Under the pieces are notes generated by a model. The model was not told the DNA's origin and ran no database searches. It saw nothing but the letters and a program-made list of their open reading frames with translations. 64,000 bases of DNA from Squalus acanthias (taxonomy: Eukaryota): positions 109,246,001-109,310,000 of the forward strand of contig CM059432.1 in NCBI GenBank assembly GCA_030390025.1. Direction: 5' to 3'. The position numbers and the translations under genes are program-made. Shown here piece by piece: positions 1 to 14,505 of the stretch; positions within the stretch are counted from its first letter, which is position 1, and every line of letters starts with the position of its first letter.

Positions 1-3000
1 TTATACACCCCGTCCGTTATACACCCCGTCCGTTTTACACCCTGTCCGTTATACACCCCGTCCGTTATACACCCCGTCCGTTATACACTCTGCCCATTAT
101 ACACCCCATCCGTTATACACCCCGTCCGTTATACACCCTGTCCGTTATACACCCTGCCCGTTATACTCTCTGCCCATTATACACCCCGCCCGTTATACAC
201 TCTGCCCGTTATACACCCCGTCCATTATACACCCCATCCGTTATACACCCGTCCGTTATACACCCGCCCGTTATACACCCCGTCTGTTATACACCCCGTC
301 CGTTATACACCCGCCCGTTATGCACCTGCCCATTATACACCTGCCCGTTACACACCCGCCCATTACACACCTGCCCGTTACACACCTGCCCGTTATACAC
401 CCGCCCGTTATACACTCTGCCCATTATACACCCCATCCGTTATACACCCCGTCCGTTATACACCCTGTCCGTTATACACCCTGCCCATTATACAGCCCGT
501 CCGTTATACACCCTGCCCGTTATACTCTCTGCCCGTTATACACCCCGTCCGTTTTACACCCTGTCCGTTATACACCCCGTCCGTTATACACCCCGTCCGC
601 TATACACCCCGCCCGTTATACACCCCGTCCGTTATACACCCCGTCCGTTATACATCCGTCCGTTATACACCCGCCCGTTATACACCCCGTCTGTTATACA
701 ACCCGTCCGTTATACACCCGCCCGTTATACAGCCGTCCGTTATACAGCCCATCCGTTATACACCCCGTCCGTTATACACCCTGCCCGTTATACACTCTGC
801 CTGTTATACACCCCGCCCGTTATACACCCACCCGTTATACACCCCGCCCGTTATACACCCCGCCTGTTATACACCCCGCCCGTTTTACACCCGCCCGTTA
901 TACACCCACCCGTTGTACACCCCGCCCGTTATACACCCGCCCGTTATACACCCGCCCGTTATACACGCGGCCCGTTACACACCTGCCCGTTATACACCCG
1001 CCCGTTATACACCCCCCCGTTATACACCCGCCCGTGACACACTCCGCCGTTACACGCCTGCCCGTTACACAACCCGCCCGTTATACACCCCGCCCGTTAT
1101 AAACCCCACCCGTTACACACCCACCCGTTATATACCTGCCCGTTATACACCCTGTCTGTTATACACCCCGCCCGTTATACACCCTGCCCGTTATACACCA
1201 CGCCCGTTACACACCCCGCCTGTTATACACCTTCCCGTTACACACCCCGCCGATTATTTTACCCGCCCGTTATACAACCGCTCGTTATACACCCGCCCGT
1301 TGTACACTCACCCGTTATACACCCCGCCCGTTATACACCCACCCGTTATACACCCCGCCCGTTATACACTCTGCCGTTATACGCCTACCCGTTACACAGC
1401 CCGTCCGTTATACACCCACCCATTATACACCCCGCCCGTTATACACCCCGCCTGTTATACACCCGCCCGTTATACACCCGCCTGTTATACAGCCTGCCCG
1501 TTATACACCCCACCCGTTATACACCCGCCCGTTATACACCCGCCCGTTGTACACCCCGCCCGTTATACACCCCACCCGTTATACACCCGCCCGTTATACA
1601 CCCGCCCGTTGTACACCCCGCCCGTTATACTCCCGCCCGTTATACTCCCGCCCGTTATACACCCCGCCCATTATACAACCCGCCCGTTATACACCCGCCC
1701 GTAATACACACCGCCCGTTACACACCTGCCCATTACACACCTGCCCGTTATACACCCCACCCGTTATACACACCGCCCGTTACACACCCCGCCCTTTATA
1801 CACTCTGCCCGTTACACACCCCGACCGTTATACAGCCTGCCCGTTATACACTCTGCCCGTTATACACCCACTCGTTATACACCCACCCGTTACACACCCG
1901 CCCGTTATACACCCACCCGTTATACACCCCCCGTTATACACCCGCCCGTTACACACCCCGCCCGTTACACATCTGCCCATTATACACCCAGCCCATTATA
2001 CAGCCCGACCGTTATACACCCGCCCATTATACACGCCCCTGTTATACACCCGCCCGTGACACACTCCGCCGTTACACGCCTGCCCGTTACACAACCCGCA
2101 CGTTATAAACCCCGCCCATTATAAACCCCGCCTGTTACACACCCACCCGTTATATACCTGCCCGTTATACACCCTGTCTGTTATACACCCCGCCCGTTAT
2201 ACACCCTGCCCGTTATACACCCCATCCGTTATACACCCCGTCCGTTATACACCCCGTCCGTTATACACTCTGCCCGTTATATACCCCGTCCGTTATACAC
2301 CCCGTCCGTTATGCACTCTGCCCGTTATACACCCCGTCCGTTTTACACCCTGTCCGTTATACACTCTGCCTGTTATACACCCCGCCCGTTATACACCCTG
2401 CCCGTTATAGCCCCCGCCTGCTATACACTCTGCCCGTTATACACCCTGCCCGTTATACACCCCGCCCGTTATGCACTCTGCCCGTTATACACCCCATCCG
2501 TTATACACCCCGTCCGTTATACACCCCGTCCGTTATACACTCTGCCCGTTATATACCCCGTCCGTTATACACCCCGTCCGTTATGCACTCTGCCCGTTAT
2601 ACACCCCGTCCGTTTTACACCCTGTCCGTTATACACCCCGTCCGTTATACACCCCATCCGTTATACACCCCGTCCGTTATACACCCCGTCCGTTATGCAC
2701 TCTGCCCGTTATACACCCCGTCCGTTATACACCCCGTCCGTTTTACACCCTGTCCGTTATACACCCCGTCCGTTATACACCCCGTCCGTTATACACTCTG
2801 CCCATTATACACCCCATCCGTTATACACCCCGTCCGTTATACACCCTGTCCGTTATACACCCTGCCCGTTATACTCTCTGCCCATTATACACCCCGCCCG
2901 TTATACACTCTGCCCGTTATACACCCCGTCCATTATACACCCCATCCGTTATACACCCGTCCGTTATACACCCGCCCGTTATACACCCCGTCTGTTATAC

Positions 3001-6000
3001 ACCCCGTCCGTTATACACCCGCCCGTTATGCACCTGCCCATTATACACCTGCCCGTTACACACCCGCCCATTACACACCTGCCCGTTACACACCTGCCCG
3101 TTATACACCCGCCCGTTATACACTCTGCCCATTATACACCCCATCCGTTATACACCCCGTCCTTTATACACCCTGTCCGTTATACACCTTGCCCGTTATA
3201 CTCTCTGCCCATTATACACCCCGTCCATTATACACCCCATCCGTTATACACCCGTCCGTTATACACCCGCCCGTTATACACCCCGTCTGTTATACACCCC
3301 GTCCGTTATACACCCGCCCGTTATACACCCGTCCGTTATACAGCCCATCCGTTATACACCCCGTCCGTTATACACCCTGCCCGTTATACACTCTGCCTGT
3401 TATACACCCCGCCCGTTATACACCCTGCCCGTTATAGCCCCCGCCTGCTATACACTCTGCCCGTTATACACCCTGCCCGCTATACACTCTGCACGTTATA
3501 CACTCTGCCCGTTACACACCCCGCACGTTATACAGCCTGCCCGTTATACACCCGCCCGTTATACACCCGCCCGTTACACACCTGCCCGTTACACATCTGC
3601 CCATTATACACCCCGCCCATTATACACTCTGCCCATTATACACCCCGCCCGTTATACACCACCCGTTACACACCCCGCCCGTTATACACCCGCCCGTTAT
3701 ACACCCGCCCGTTATACACCCGCCACTTATACACCCGCCCGTTATACACCCCGCCCGTTATACAACCACACGTTATACACCCCGCCCATTTTACACTCTG
3801 CCCGTGATACGCCCACCCGTTATACACCCCGCCCGTTATACACCCACCCGTTATACACCCCGCCCATTAAACACACTGCACGTTATACACCCGCCCGTTA
3901 TACACCCCGCCCATTATACACCCACTCGTTATACACCCACCTGTTACACACCCGCCCGTTATGCACCTGCCCGTTATACACCTGCCCGTTACACACCCGC
4001 CCATTACACACCTGCCCGTTACACACCTGCCCGTTATACACCCGCCCGTTATACACCCCCCCGTTACACATTTGCCCATTATACACACTGCCCATTATAC
4101 ACCACGCCCGTTATACAGCCCGCCCGTTACACACCCGCCTGTGACACACTCCGCCGTTACACACCTGCCCGTTATACACCCTGCCCGTTATACACCCCGC
4201 CCATTATACACTCCGCCCGTTATGCACTCTGCCCGTTATACACCCTGCCCGTTATACACCCGCCCGTTATACACCCTGCCCGTTATACACCCCGCCCATT
4301 ATACACTCCGCCCGTTATGCACTCTGCCCGTTATACACCCCGCCCATTATACACCCTGTCCGTTATACACCCCGTCCGTTATACACCCCGTCCGTTATAC
4401 ACCCCGTCCGTTATACACTCTGCCCGTTATACACCCTGTCCGTTATACACCCTGCCCGTTACACACCCCGCCCGTTCTATACCCACCCGTTATACACCCG
4501 CCCATTATACACCCGCCCGTTATACACCCGCCCGTTATACACCCCCCCATTATACACCCGCCCGTTATACAACCCGCCCGTTATGCAACCACACGTTATA
4601 CACCCCGCCCGTTATACACCCGCCCGTTATACACCCGCCCGTTATACACCCCCCCGTTATACACTCTGCCCGTTATACACCCCGCCCGTTATACACCCCG
4701 CCCGTTATACACCCGCCCATTATACACCCCGCCCGTTATGCACTCTGCCCGTTATACACCCTGCCCGTTATACACTCTGACCGTTATACTCCCCGCCCGC
4801 TATACACCCCGCCCGTTATACACTCTGCCCGTTATACACCCCGCCCGTTATACACCCCGCCCGTTATACACCCCGCCCATTATACACCCCGCCCGTTATA
4901 CACCCCGCCCGTTATGCACTCTGCCCGTTATACACCCTGCCCGTTATACACCCCGCCCGTTATACACCCCGCCCGTTATGCACTCTGCCCGTTATACACC
5001 CTGCCCGTTATACACCCCGCCCGTTATACACCCCGCCCATTAGACACCCCGCCCGTTATACACCCCGCCCGTTATGCACTCTGCCCGTTATACACCCCCC
5101 CGTTATACACTCTGCCCGTCATACACCCCGCCCGTTATACACCCCGCCCGTTATACACCCCGCCCGTTATACACTCTGCCCGTTATACACCCCGCCCGTT
5201 ATACACTCTGCCCGTTATACACCCATCCGTTATACACCCCGTCCGTTATACACCCGCCCGTTATACACCCCGTCCGTTATACACCCCGCCCGTAATACAC
5301 TCGGCCCGTTATACACCCCCCCGTTATACACCCCCCCGTTATACACCCCCCCGTTATACACCCGCCCGTGACACACTCCGCCGTTACACGCCTGCCCGTT
5401 ACACAACCTGCCCGTTATACACCCCGCCCGTTATAAACCCCGCCCATTACACACCCACCCGTTATATACCTGCCCGTTATACACCCTGCCCGTTATACAC
5501 CGCGCCCATTATACACTCTGCCCGTTATACACCCTGCCCGTTATACACCCCGTCCGTTATACACCCCGTCCGTTATACACTCTGCCCGTTATACACCCCA
5601 TCCGTTATACACCCCGTCCGTTATACACCCCGTCTGTTATACACTCTGCCCGTTATATACCCCGTCCGTTATACACCCTGTCCGTTATACACCCCGTCCG
5701 TTATACACCCCGTCCGTTATACACCCCGTCCGTTATACACTCTGCCCGTTATACACCCCATCCGTTATACAACCCGTCCGTTATACACCCTGTCCGTTAT
5801 ACACCCTGCCCGTTATACAGCCCGTCCGTTATACACCCTGCCCGTTATACTCTCTGCCCGTTAGACACCCCGCCCGTTATACACTCTTCCCGTTACACAC
5901 ACCCCCCGCTATACACCCCGCCCGTTACACACCCCGCCTGTTATACACCTACCCGTTACACACCCCGCCCATTATTTTACCCGCCCCGTTATACACCGCT

Positions 6001-9000
6001 CGTTATACACCCGCCCGTTGTACACTCACCCGTTATACACCCCGCCCGTTATACACCCACCCGTTATACACCCCGTCTGTTATACACTCTGCCCGTTATA
6101 CACCCCGTCCGTTTTACACCCTGTCCGTTATACACCCCGTCCGTTATACACCCCGTCCGTTATACACTCTATCCGTTATACACCCCATCCGTTATACACC
6201 CCGTCCGTTATACACCCTGTCCGTTATACACCCTGCCCGTTATACACCCCGCCCATTATACTCTCTGTCCGTTATACACCCTGCCCGTTATACTCTCTGT
6301 CCGTTATACACCCCGCCCGTTATACACTCTGCCCGTTATACACCCCGCCCGTTATGCACTCTGCCCGTTATACACCCTGTCCGTTATACACCCCGTCCGT
6401 TATACACCCTGCCCGTTATACACCCCGCCCGTTATACACTCTGCCCGTTATACATCCCGTCCGTTAGACACCCCGTCCGTTATACACTCTGCCCGTTATA
6501 CACCCCGTCCGTTATACACCCCACCCGTTATACACCCCACCCGTTATACACCCGCCCGTTATACACCCGCCCGTTGTACACCTTGCCCTTTATACACCCG
6601 CCCGTTATACACCCGCCCGTTGTACACCTTGCCCCTTTATACACCCCGCCCGTTATACACCCCGCCCGTTATACACACCGCCCGTTACACACCTGCCCAT
6701 TACACACCTGCCCGTTATACACCCCGCCCGTTATACACACCGCCCGTTACACACCCCGCCCTTTATACACTCTGCCCGTTACACACCCTGACTGTTATAC
6801 AGCCTGCCCGTTATACACTCTGCCCGTTATACACCCACTCGTTATACACCCACCCGTTACACACCCGCCCGTTATACACCCGCCCGTTATACACCCCCCC
6901 GTTATACACCCCGCCCGTTACACACCCCGCCCGTTACACATCTGCCCATTATACACCCAGCCCATTATACAGCCCGACCGTTATACACCCCCCCGTTACA
7001 CACTCCGCCCGTTACACATCTGCCCATTATACACCCAGCCCATTATACAGCCCGACCGTTATACACCCGCCCGTTATACACCCCCCCGTTATACACCCGC
7101 CCGTGACACACTCCGCCGTTACACGCCTGCCCGTTACACGACCCCGCCGTTATAAACCCCGCCCGTTACACACCCACCCGTTATATACCTGCCCGTTATA
7201 CACCCTGTCTGTTATACACCCCGCCCGTTATACACCCTGCCCGTTATACACCGCGCCCATTATACACTCTGCCCGTTATACACACCATCCGTTATACACC
7301 CCGTCCGTTATGCACTCTGCCCATTATACACCCCGTCCGTTTTACACCCTGTCCGTTATACACCCCGTCCGTTATACGCCCGGTCCGTTATACACTCTGC
7401 CCGTTATACACCCCATCCGTTATACACCCCGTCCGTTATACACCCTGTCCGTTATACACCCTGCCCGTTATACTCTCTGCCCGTTATACACCCCGTCCGT
7501 TTTACACCCTGTCCGTTATACACCCTGCCCGTTATACAGCCCGTCCGTTATACACCCCGTCCGTTATGCACTCTGCCCGTTATACACCCCGTCCGTTTTA
7601 CACCCTGTCCGTTATACACCCCGTCCGTTATACACCCGGTCCGTTATACACCCCGCCCGTTATACACCCCGTCCGTTATACACCCCGTCTGTTATACACC
7701 CGTCCGTTATACACCCGCCCGTTATACACCCCGTCTGTTATACAACCCGTCCGTTATACACCCGCCCGTTATACACCCGTCCGTTATACAGCCCATCCGT
7801 TATACACCCCGTCCGTTATACACCCTGCCCGTTATACACTCTGCCCTGTTATACACCCCGCCCGTTATACACCCGCCGTTATACACCCCGCCCGTTATAC
7901 ACCCCGCCCTGTTATACACCCCGCCCGTTATACACCCGCCCGTTATACACCCCCCCGTTATACACCCGCCCGTGACACACTCCGCCGTTACACGCCCTGC
8001 CCGTTACACACCCCGCCCGTTATACACCCGCCCGTTATAAACCCCGCCCGTTACACACCCACCCGTTATATACCCTGCCCGTTATACACCCTGTCTGTTA
8101 TACACCCCGCCCGTTATACACCCTGCCCGTTATACACCACGCCCATTATACACTCTGCCCGTTATACACCCCCGTCCGTTATACACTCTGCCCGTTATAT
8201 ACCCCGCTCCGTTATACACCCTGTCCGTTATGCACTCTGCCCGTTATACACCCCGCCGTTATACACCCTGTCCGTTATACACCCCGTCCGTTATACACCC
8301 CGTCCGTTATACACCCCGCCGTTATACACTCGCCCGTTATACACCCCGCCTCGTTATACACCCGCCCGTTATACACTCGCCCATTATACACTCGCCCGTT
8401 AATTTACACCCCGCCCGTATATACACCGCCCGTTTCTAACCGCCCGTTATACACCCGCCTCGTTATACACCCGGCCGTTATACACCCACCCGTTATACAC
8501 CCGGCCCGTTATACACCCACCCGTTATACACCCCACCGTTATACTCCCCACCCGTTATACACCCCACCCGATATACCCCTGCCCGTTATTACCCCGCCCG
8601 TTATACACCCGCCCGTTTACACCGCCCGTTATACACCCGCCCGTTATACACCCGCCCGGTTATTAAACCCCACCCGTTATACACCCCACTGTTATACCCT
8701 GCCCTTATACACTCCCGCCCGTTATACACCCCACCCTCGTTATACACCCGGCCGTTATACATCCCGGCCCGTTATTACAACCCTCCGTTATACACCCCAC
8801 CCGTTATACACCCGCCCGTTATACACCCGCCCGTTGTACACCCCGCCCGTTATACACCCCGCCCGTTATACACCCCGCCCGTTATACACCCCGCCCGTTA
8901 TACACCCGCCCGTTATACACACCGCCCGTTACACACCTGCCCATTACACACCTGCCAGTTATACACCCCGCCCGTTATACACACCGCCCGTTACACACCC

Positions 9001-12000
9001 CGCCCTTTGTACACTCTGCCCGTTACACACCCCGACCGTTATACAGCCTGCCCGTTATACACTCTGCCCGTTATACACCCACTCGTTATACACCCACCCG
9101 TTACACACCCGCCCGTTATACACCCACCCGTTATACACCCCCCGTTATACACCCGCCCGTTACACACCCCGCCCGTTACATATCTGCCCATTATACACCC
9201 AGCCCATTATACAGCCCGACCGTTATACACCCGCCCATTATACACGCCCCTGTTATACACCCGCCCGTGACACACTCCGCCGTTACACCCCGCCCGTTAT
9301 ACACCCCGCCCGTTATACACCCTGCCCGTTATACACCGCGTCCATTATACACTCTGCCCGTTATACACCCCATCCGTTATACACCCCGTCCGTTGTACAC
9401 TCTGCCCGTTATATACCCCGTCCGTTATACAACCCGTCCGTTATGCACTCTGCCCGTTATACACCCCATCCGTTATACACCCCGTCTGTTATACACCCCG
9501 TCCGTTATACACCCCGTCCGTTATACACCCCGTCCGTTTTACACCCTGTCCGTTATACACCCCATCCGTTATACACCCACCCGTTACACACCCCGCCCGT
9601 TATACACCCGCCCGTTATACACCCGCCACTTATACACCCGCCCGTTATACACCCCGCCCGTTATACAACCACACGTTATACACCCCGCCCATTTTACACT
9701 CAGCCCGTGATACGCCCACCCGTTATACACCCCGCCCGTTATACACCCACCCGTTATACACCCCGCCCGTTAAACACACCGCACGTTATACACCCGCCCG
9801 TTATACACCCCGCCCATTATACACCCACTCGTTATACACCCACCTGTTACACATTTGCCCATTATACACACTGCCCATTATACACCACGCCCGTTATACA
9901 GCCCGCCCGTTACACACCCGCCTGTGACACACTCCCCCGTTACACACCTGCCCGTTATATACCCTGCCCGTTATACACCCCGCCCATTATACACTCCGCC
10001 CGTTATGCACTCTGCCCGTTATACACCCCGCCCATTATACACCCCGTCCGTTATACACCCCGTCCGTTATACACCCCGTCCGTTATACACCCCGTCCGTT
10101 ATACACCCCGTCCGTTATACACTCTGCCCGTTATACACCCTGCCCGTTATACACCCTGCCCGTTACACACCCCGCCCGTTATATACCCACCCGTTATACA
10201 CCCGCCCGTTATACACCCGCCCGTTATACACCCCCCCGTTATACACCCGCCCGTTATACACCCCGCCCGTTATACAACCACACGTTATACACCCCGCCCG
10301 TTATACACCTCTGCCCGTTATACACCCACCCGTTATACACCCCGCCCGTTATACACCCCGCCCGTTATACACCCACCGTTACACACCCCGCCCGTTATAC
10401 ACCGCCCCGTTATACACCCCGCCCGTTATACACCCGCCCGTTATACACTCCGCCCGTTATACGACCCTCCCGTTATACAGCCCGCCCGTTATACACCCCG
10501 CCCGTTATACACCCCGCCCGTTATACACCCCGCACGTTATACACCCGCCCGTTATACACCCGCCTGTTATACACCCGCCCGTTATACACCCGCCCAGTTA
10601 TACAGCCCTGCCCGTTATACTACCCGCCAGTTATACACCGCCCGTTATACACCCTGCCCGTTATACACCCCGCCCGATATACACCCGCCCGTTATACACA
10701 CCGCCCGTTACACACCCGCCCTTTATACACCTCTGCCCGTTACACACCCCGACCGTTATACAAGCCTGCCCGTTATACACCTGCCCGTTATACACCCCCC
10801 CGTTATACACCCGCCCGTTATACACCCCCCCGTTATCCAACCGCCCGTTACACACCCCGCCCGTTATACATCTGCCCATTATACACCCAGCCCATTATAC
10901 AGCCCGCCCGTTATAAACCCCGCCCGTTACACACCCACCCGTTATATACCTGCCCGTTATACACCCTGTCTGTTATACACCCCGCCCGTTATACACCCTG
11001 CCCGTTATACACCCCACCCATTATACACTCTGCCCGTTATGCACCTCGTCCGTTATACACCCTGCCCGTTATACACTCTGCCCGTTATACACCCTGCCCG
11101 TTACACACTCTGCCCATTATGCACCCCGTCCGTTATACACCCCGTCCATTATACACCCGCCCGTTATACACCTGCCCGTTATACACCCCGTCCGTTATAC
11201 ACCTGCCCGTTATACACCCGTCCGTTATACTCCCGCCCGTTATAAACCCCGCCCGTTATACACCCCGTCCGTTAAACACCTGCCCGTTATACACCCGCCT
11301 GTTATACTCCCGCCCCGTTATACTCCCGCCCGTTATAAACCCGCCCGTTATACACCCGCCGTTACACACCTGCCCATTACACACACGCCCGTTACACACC
11401 CCGCCCGTTACACACCCCGCCGTTACTACACCCGCCCGTTACACACCACGCCCGTTACACACCAGCCCGTTAGACACCTGCCCGTTATGCACCCGCCCGT
11501 TACACGCCCGCCCAATACACACCTTCCCGTTACACACCTGCCCGTTACACACCTGCCCGTTACACACCCTGCCCGTTACACACCCGCCTCGTTACACACC
11601 TGCCCGTTATACACCTGACCGTTACACACCCGCCCGTTATACACCCGCCCGTTTATACACCTGGCCCGTTATACACCCGCCCGTTACACACCGCCCGTTA
11701 TACACCTGCCCGTTAACACCCGCCCGTTATACACCCGCCCGTTATACACCTGCCCGGTTGTACACTCGCCCGTTATACACCCCGCCGTTATACCCCTGCC
11801 CGTTATACACCTGCCCGTTATACACCGCCTGTTACACAACCGCCCGTTATACACCTGCCCGTTATACCACCCGCCCGTTATACACCTACCCGTTATACAC
11901 CCGCCCGTTACACACCCCGCCCGTTATACACCTACCCGTTATACACCCGCCCGTGACACACCCGCCCGTTACACACCTGCCCGTTACACACCCGCCCATT

Positions 12001-14505
12001 ACACACCTGCCCGTTACACACCCGCCCCGTTATACACCCGCCCGTTACACACCCGCCCGTTACACACCCGCCCGTTATCCACCCCCCCCTTACCATCTGC
12101 CCATTATACACCACGCCCATTATACAGCCCCGGCGTTATACACCCGCCCGTTACACACCCGCCCGTTACCACACACGCCGTTACACACCACGCCGTTACA
12201 CACCAGCCCGTTAGACACCTGCCCGTTATACACCCGCCGTTACACGCCCGCCCAATACACACCTGCCCGTTACACACCCGCCCGTTACACACCTTCCCGT
12301 TACACACCTGCCCGTTACACACCCGCCCATTACACACCTGCCCGTTACACACCCGCCCATTACACACCTTCCCGTTACACACCTTCCCGTTACACACCTG
12401 CCCGTTACACACCTGCCCGTTACACACCCTGCCCGTTACACACCCGCCCGTTACACACCTGCCCGTTACACACCCGCCCGTTATACACCTGCCCGTTATA
12501 CACCCGCCCGTTACACACCCGCCCGTTATACACCTGCCCGTTATACACCCGCCCGTTATACACCCGCCCGTTATACACCTGCCCATTATACACTCGCCCG
12601 TTATACACCCGCCCGTTATACACCTGCCCGTTATACACTCGCCCGTTATACACTCGCCCGTTATACACCCGCCCGTTATACACCCGCCCGTTACACACCT
12701 GCCCGTTACACACCCGCCCATTACACACCCGCCCGTTATCCACCCCTCCGTTACACATCTGCCCATTATACACCCCGCCCATTATACAGCCCGGCCGTTA
12801 TACACCCGCCCGTTACACACCTGCCCGTTACACATCTGCCCATTATACACACTGCCCATTATACACACCCCGCCCGTTATACAGCCCGCCCGTTACACAC
12901 CTGCACGTTATACAACCCGTCCGTTATACACCCCGCCCGTTATACACCCCGCCCGTTATACACCCCGCATGTTATACACCCCGCACGTTACACACCCACC
13001 CGTTATACACCTGCCCGTTACACACCCTGTCCATTACACACCCACCCGTTATACACTCTGCCCTTTATACACCACGCCCATTATACACCCCGTCCGTTAT
13101 ACACCCCGTCCGTTATACACCCCGTCCGTTATACACCCTACCCGTTATACTCTCTGCCCGTTATACACCCCGCCCATTATACACTCTGCCCGTTATACAC
13201 CCCGTCCGTTATACACTCTGCCCGTTATACACCCTGTCCGTTATACACCCCGTCCGTTATACACCCCGTCCTTTATACACCCCGTCCGTTATACACTCTG
13301 CCCGTTATACACCCCGTCCTTTATACACCCCGCCCGTTATACTCTCTGCCCATTATACACCCCGCCCATTATACACTCTGCCCGTTATACACCCCGTCCG
13401 TTATACACTCTGCCCGTTATACACACCGCCCGTTATTCACTCTGCCCGTTATACACCCCGCCCATTATACACTCTGCCCGTTATACACCCCGTCCGTTAT
13501 ACACTCTGCCCGTTATACACCCGCCCGTTATACACTCTGCCCGTTATACACACCGCCCGTTATACACTCTGCCCGTTATACACACCGCCCGTTATACACT
13601 CTGCCCGTTATACACCCGCCCGTTATACACCCGCCCGTTATACACCCGCCCGTTATAAACCCCGCCCATTATAAACTCCGCCCTTTATACACCCGCCCGT
13701 TATACACCCGCCAGTTATACACCCGCCCGTTATAAACCCCGCCCGTTATACACTCTGCCCGTTACACACCTGCCCGTTACACACCTGCCCGTTACACACC
13801 CGCCCGTTATACACCTGCCCGTTACACACCTGCCCGTTACACTCCCCGCCCGTTATACACCCCCCGTTATACACCTGCCCGTTACACACCTGCCCGTTAC
13901 ACTCCCCGCCCGTTATACACCCCCCGTTATACACCTGCCCATTATACACCTGCCCGTTACACTCCCCGCCCGTTATACACCCGCCCGTTATACACCCGCC
14001 CGTTATACACCCGCCTGTTATACACCCCCCGTTACACACCTGCCTGTTACACACCCGCCCGTTATACACCCGCCCGTTATACACCCCCCCGTTACACACC
14101 TGCCCGTTACACACCCGCCCGTTATACACCCGCCCGTTATACACCCCCCGTTACACACCTGCCTGTTATACACCCGCCCGTTATAAACCCCCCCGTTACA
14201 CACCTGCCCGTTACACACCCGCCCGTTATACACCCGCCCGTTATAAACCCCCCTGTTACACACCTGCCCGTTACACTCCCCGCCCGTTATACACACGCCC
14301 ATTATACACCTGCCCGTTACACACCCTGCCCGTTACACTCCCCGCCCGCTATACACCTGCCCACTATACACCTGCCCGTTACACACCTGCCTGTTATACA
14401 AACCACCCGTTACACACCCCGCCCGTTATACAGCCCACCCGTTATACACCCTGCCCGTATTACACCCGCCCGTTAGACACCCCGCCTGTTATACTGCCCG
14501 CCCCT
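1..14505. repeat. Tandem satellite/minisatellite array A, mixed 15- and 16-bp monomers (GTTATACACCCCGCCC, GTTATACACCCCGTCC, GTTATACACTCTGCCC, GTTATACACCCGCCC, GTTACACACCTGCCC); continues beyond window start
   Basis: TTATACACCCCGTCCG recurs at 1 and 17, and (G/A)TTA(T/C)ACAC recurs every 14-17 bp with no unique sequence up to ~14,505. The ORF track shows only YTRPL/VIHPP/RYTPA-type peptide repeats. Confidence 0.98.

Noticed and set aside
320..14302. Long Pro/Tyr/Thr/His-rich ORFs (up to 851 aa) resembling extensin- or mucin-like proteins, and minus-strand CNGQV/CITGG ORFs
   Set aside because: Several overlapping frames are open at once because the monomer consensus lacks plus-strand stops. 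The peptides cycle through the frame translations of a 15/16-mer, with no unique domain and no frame preservation.
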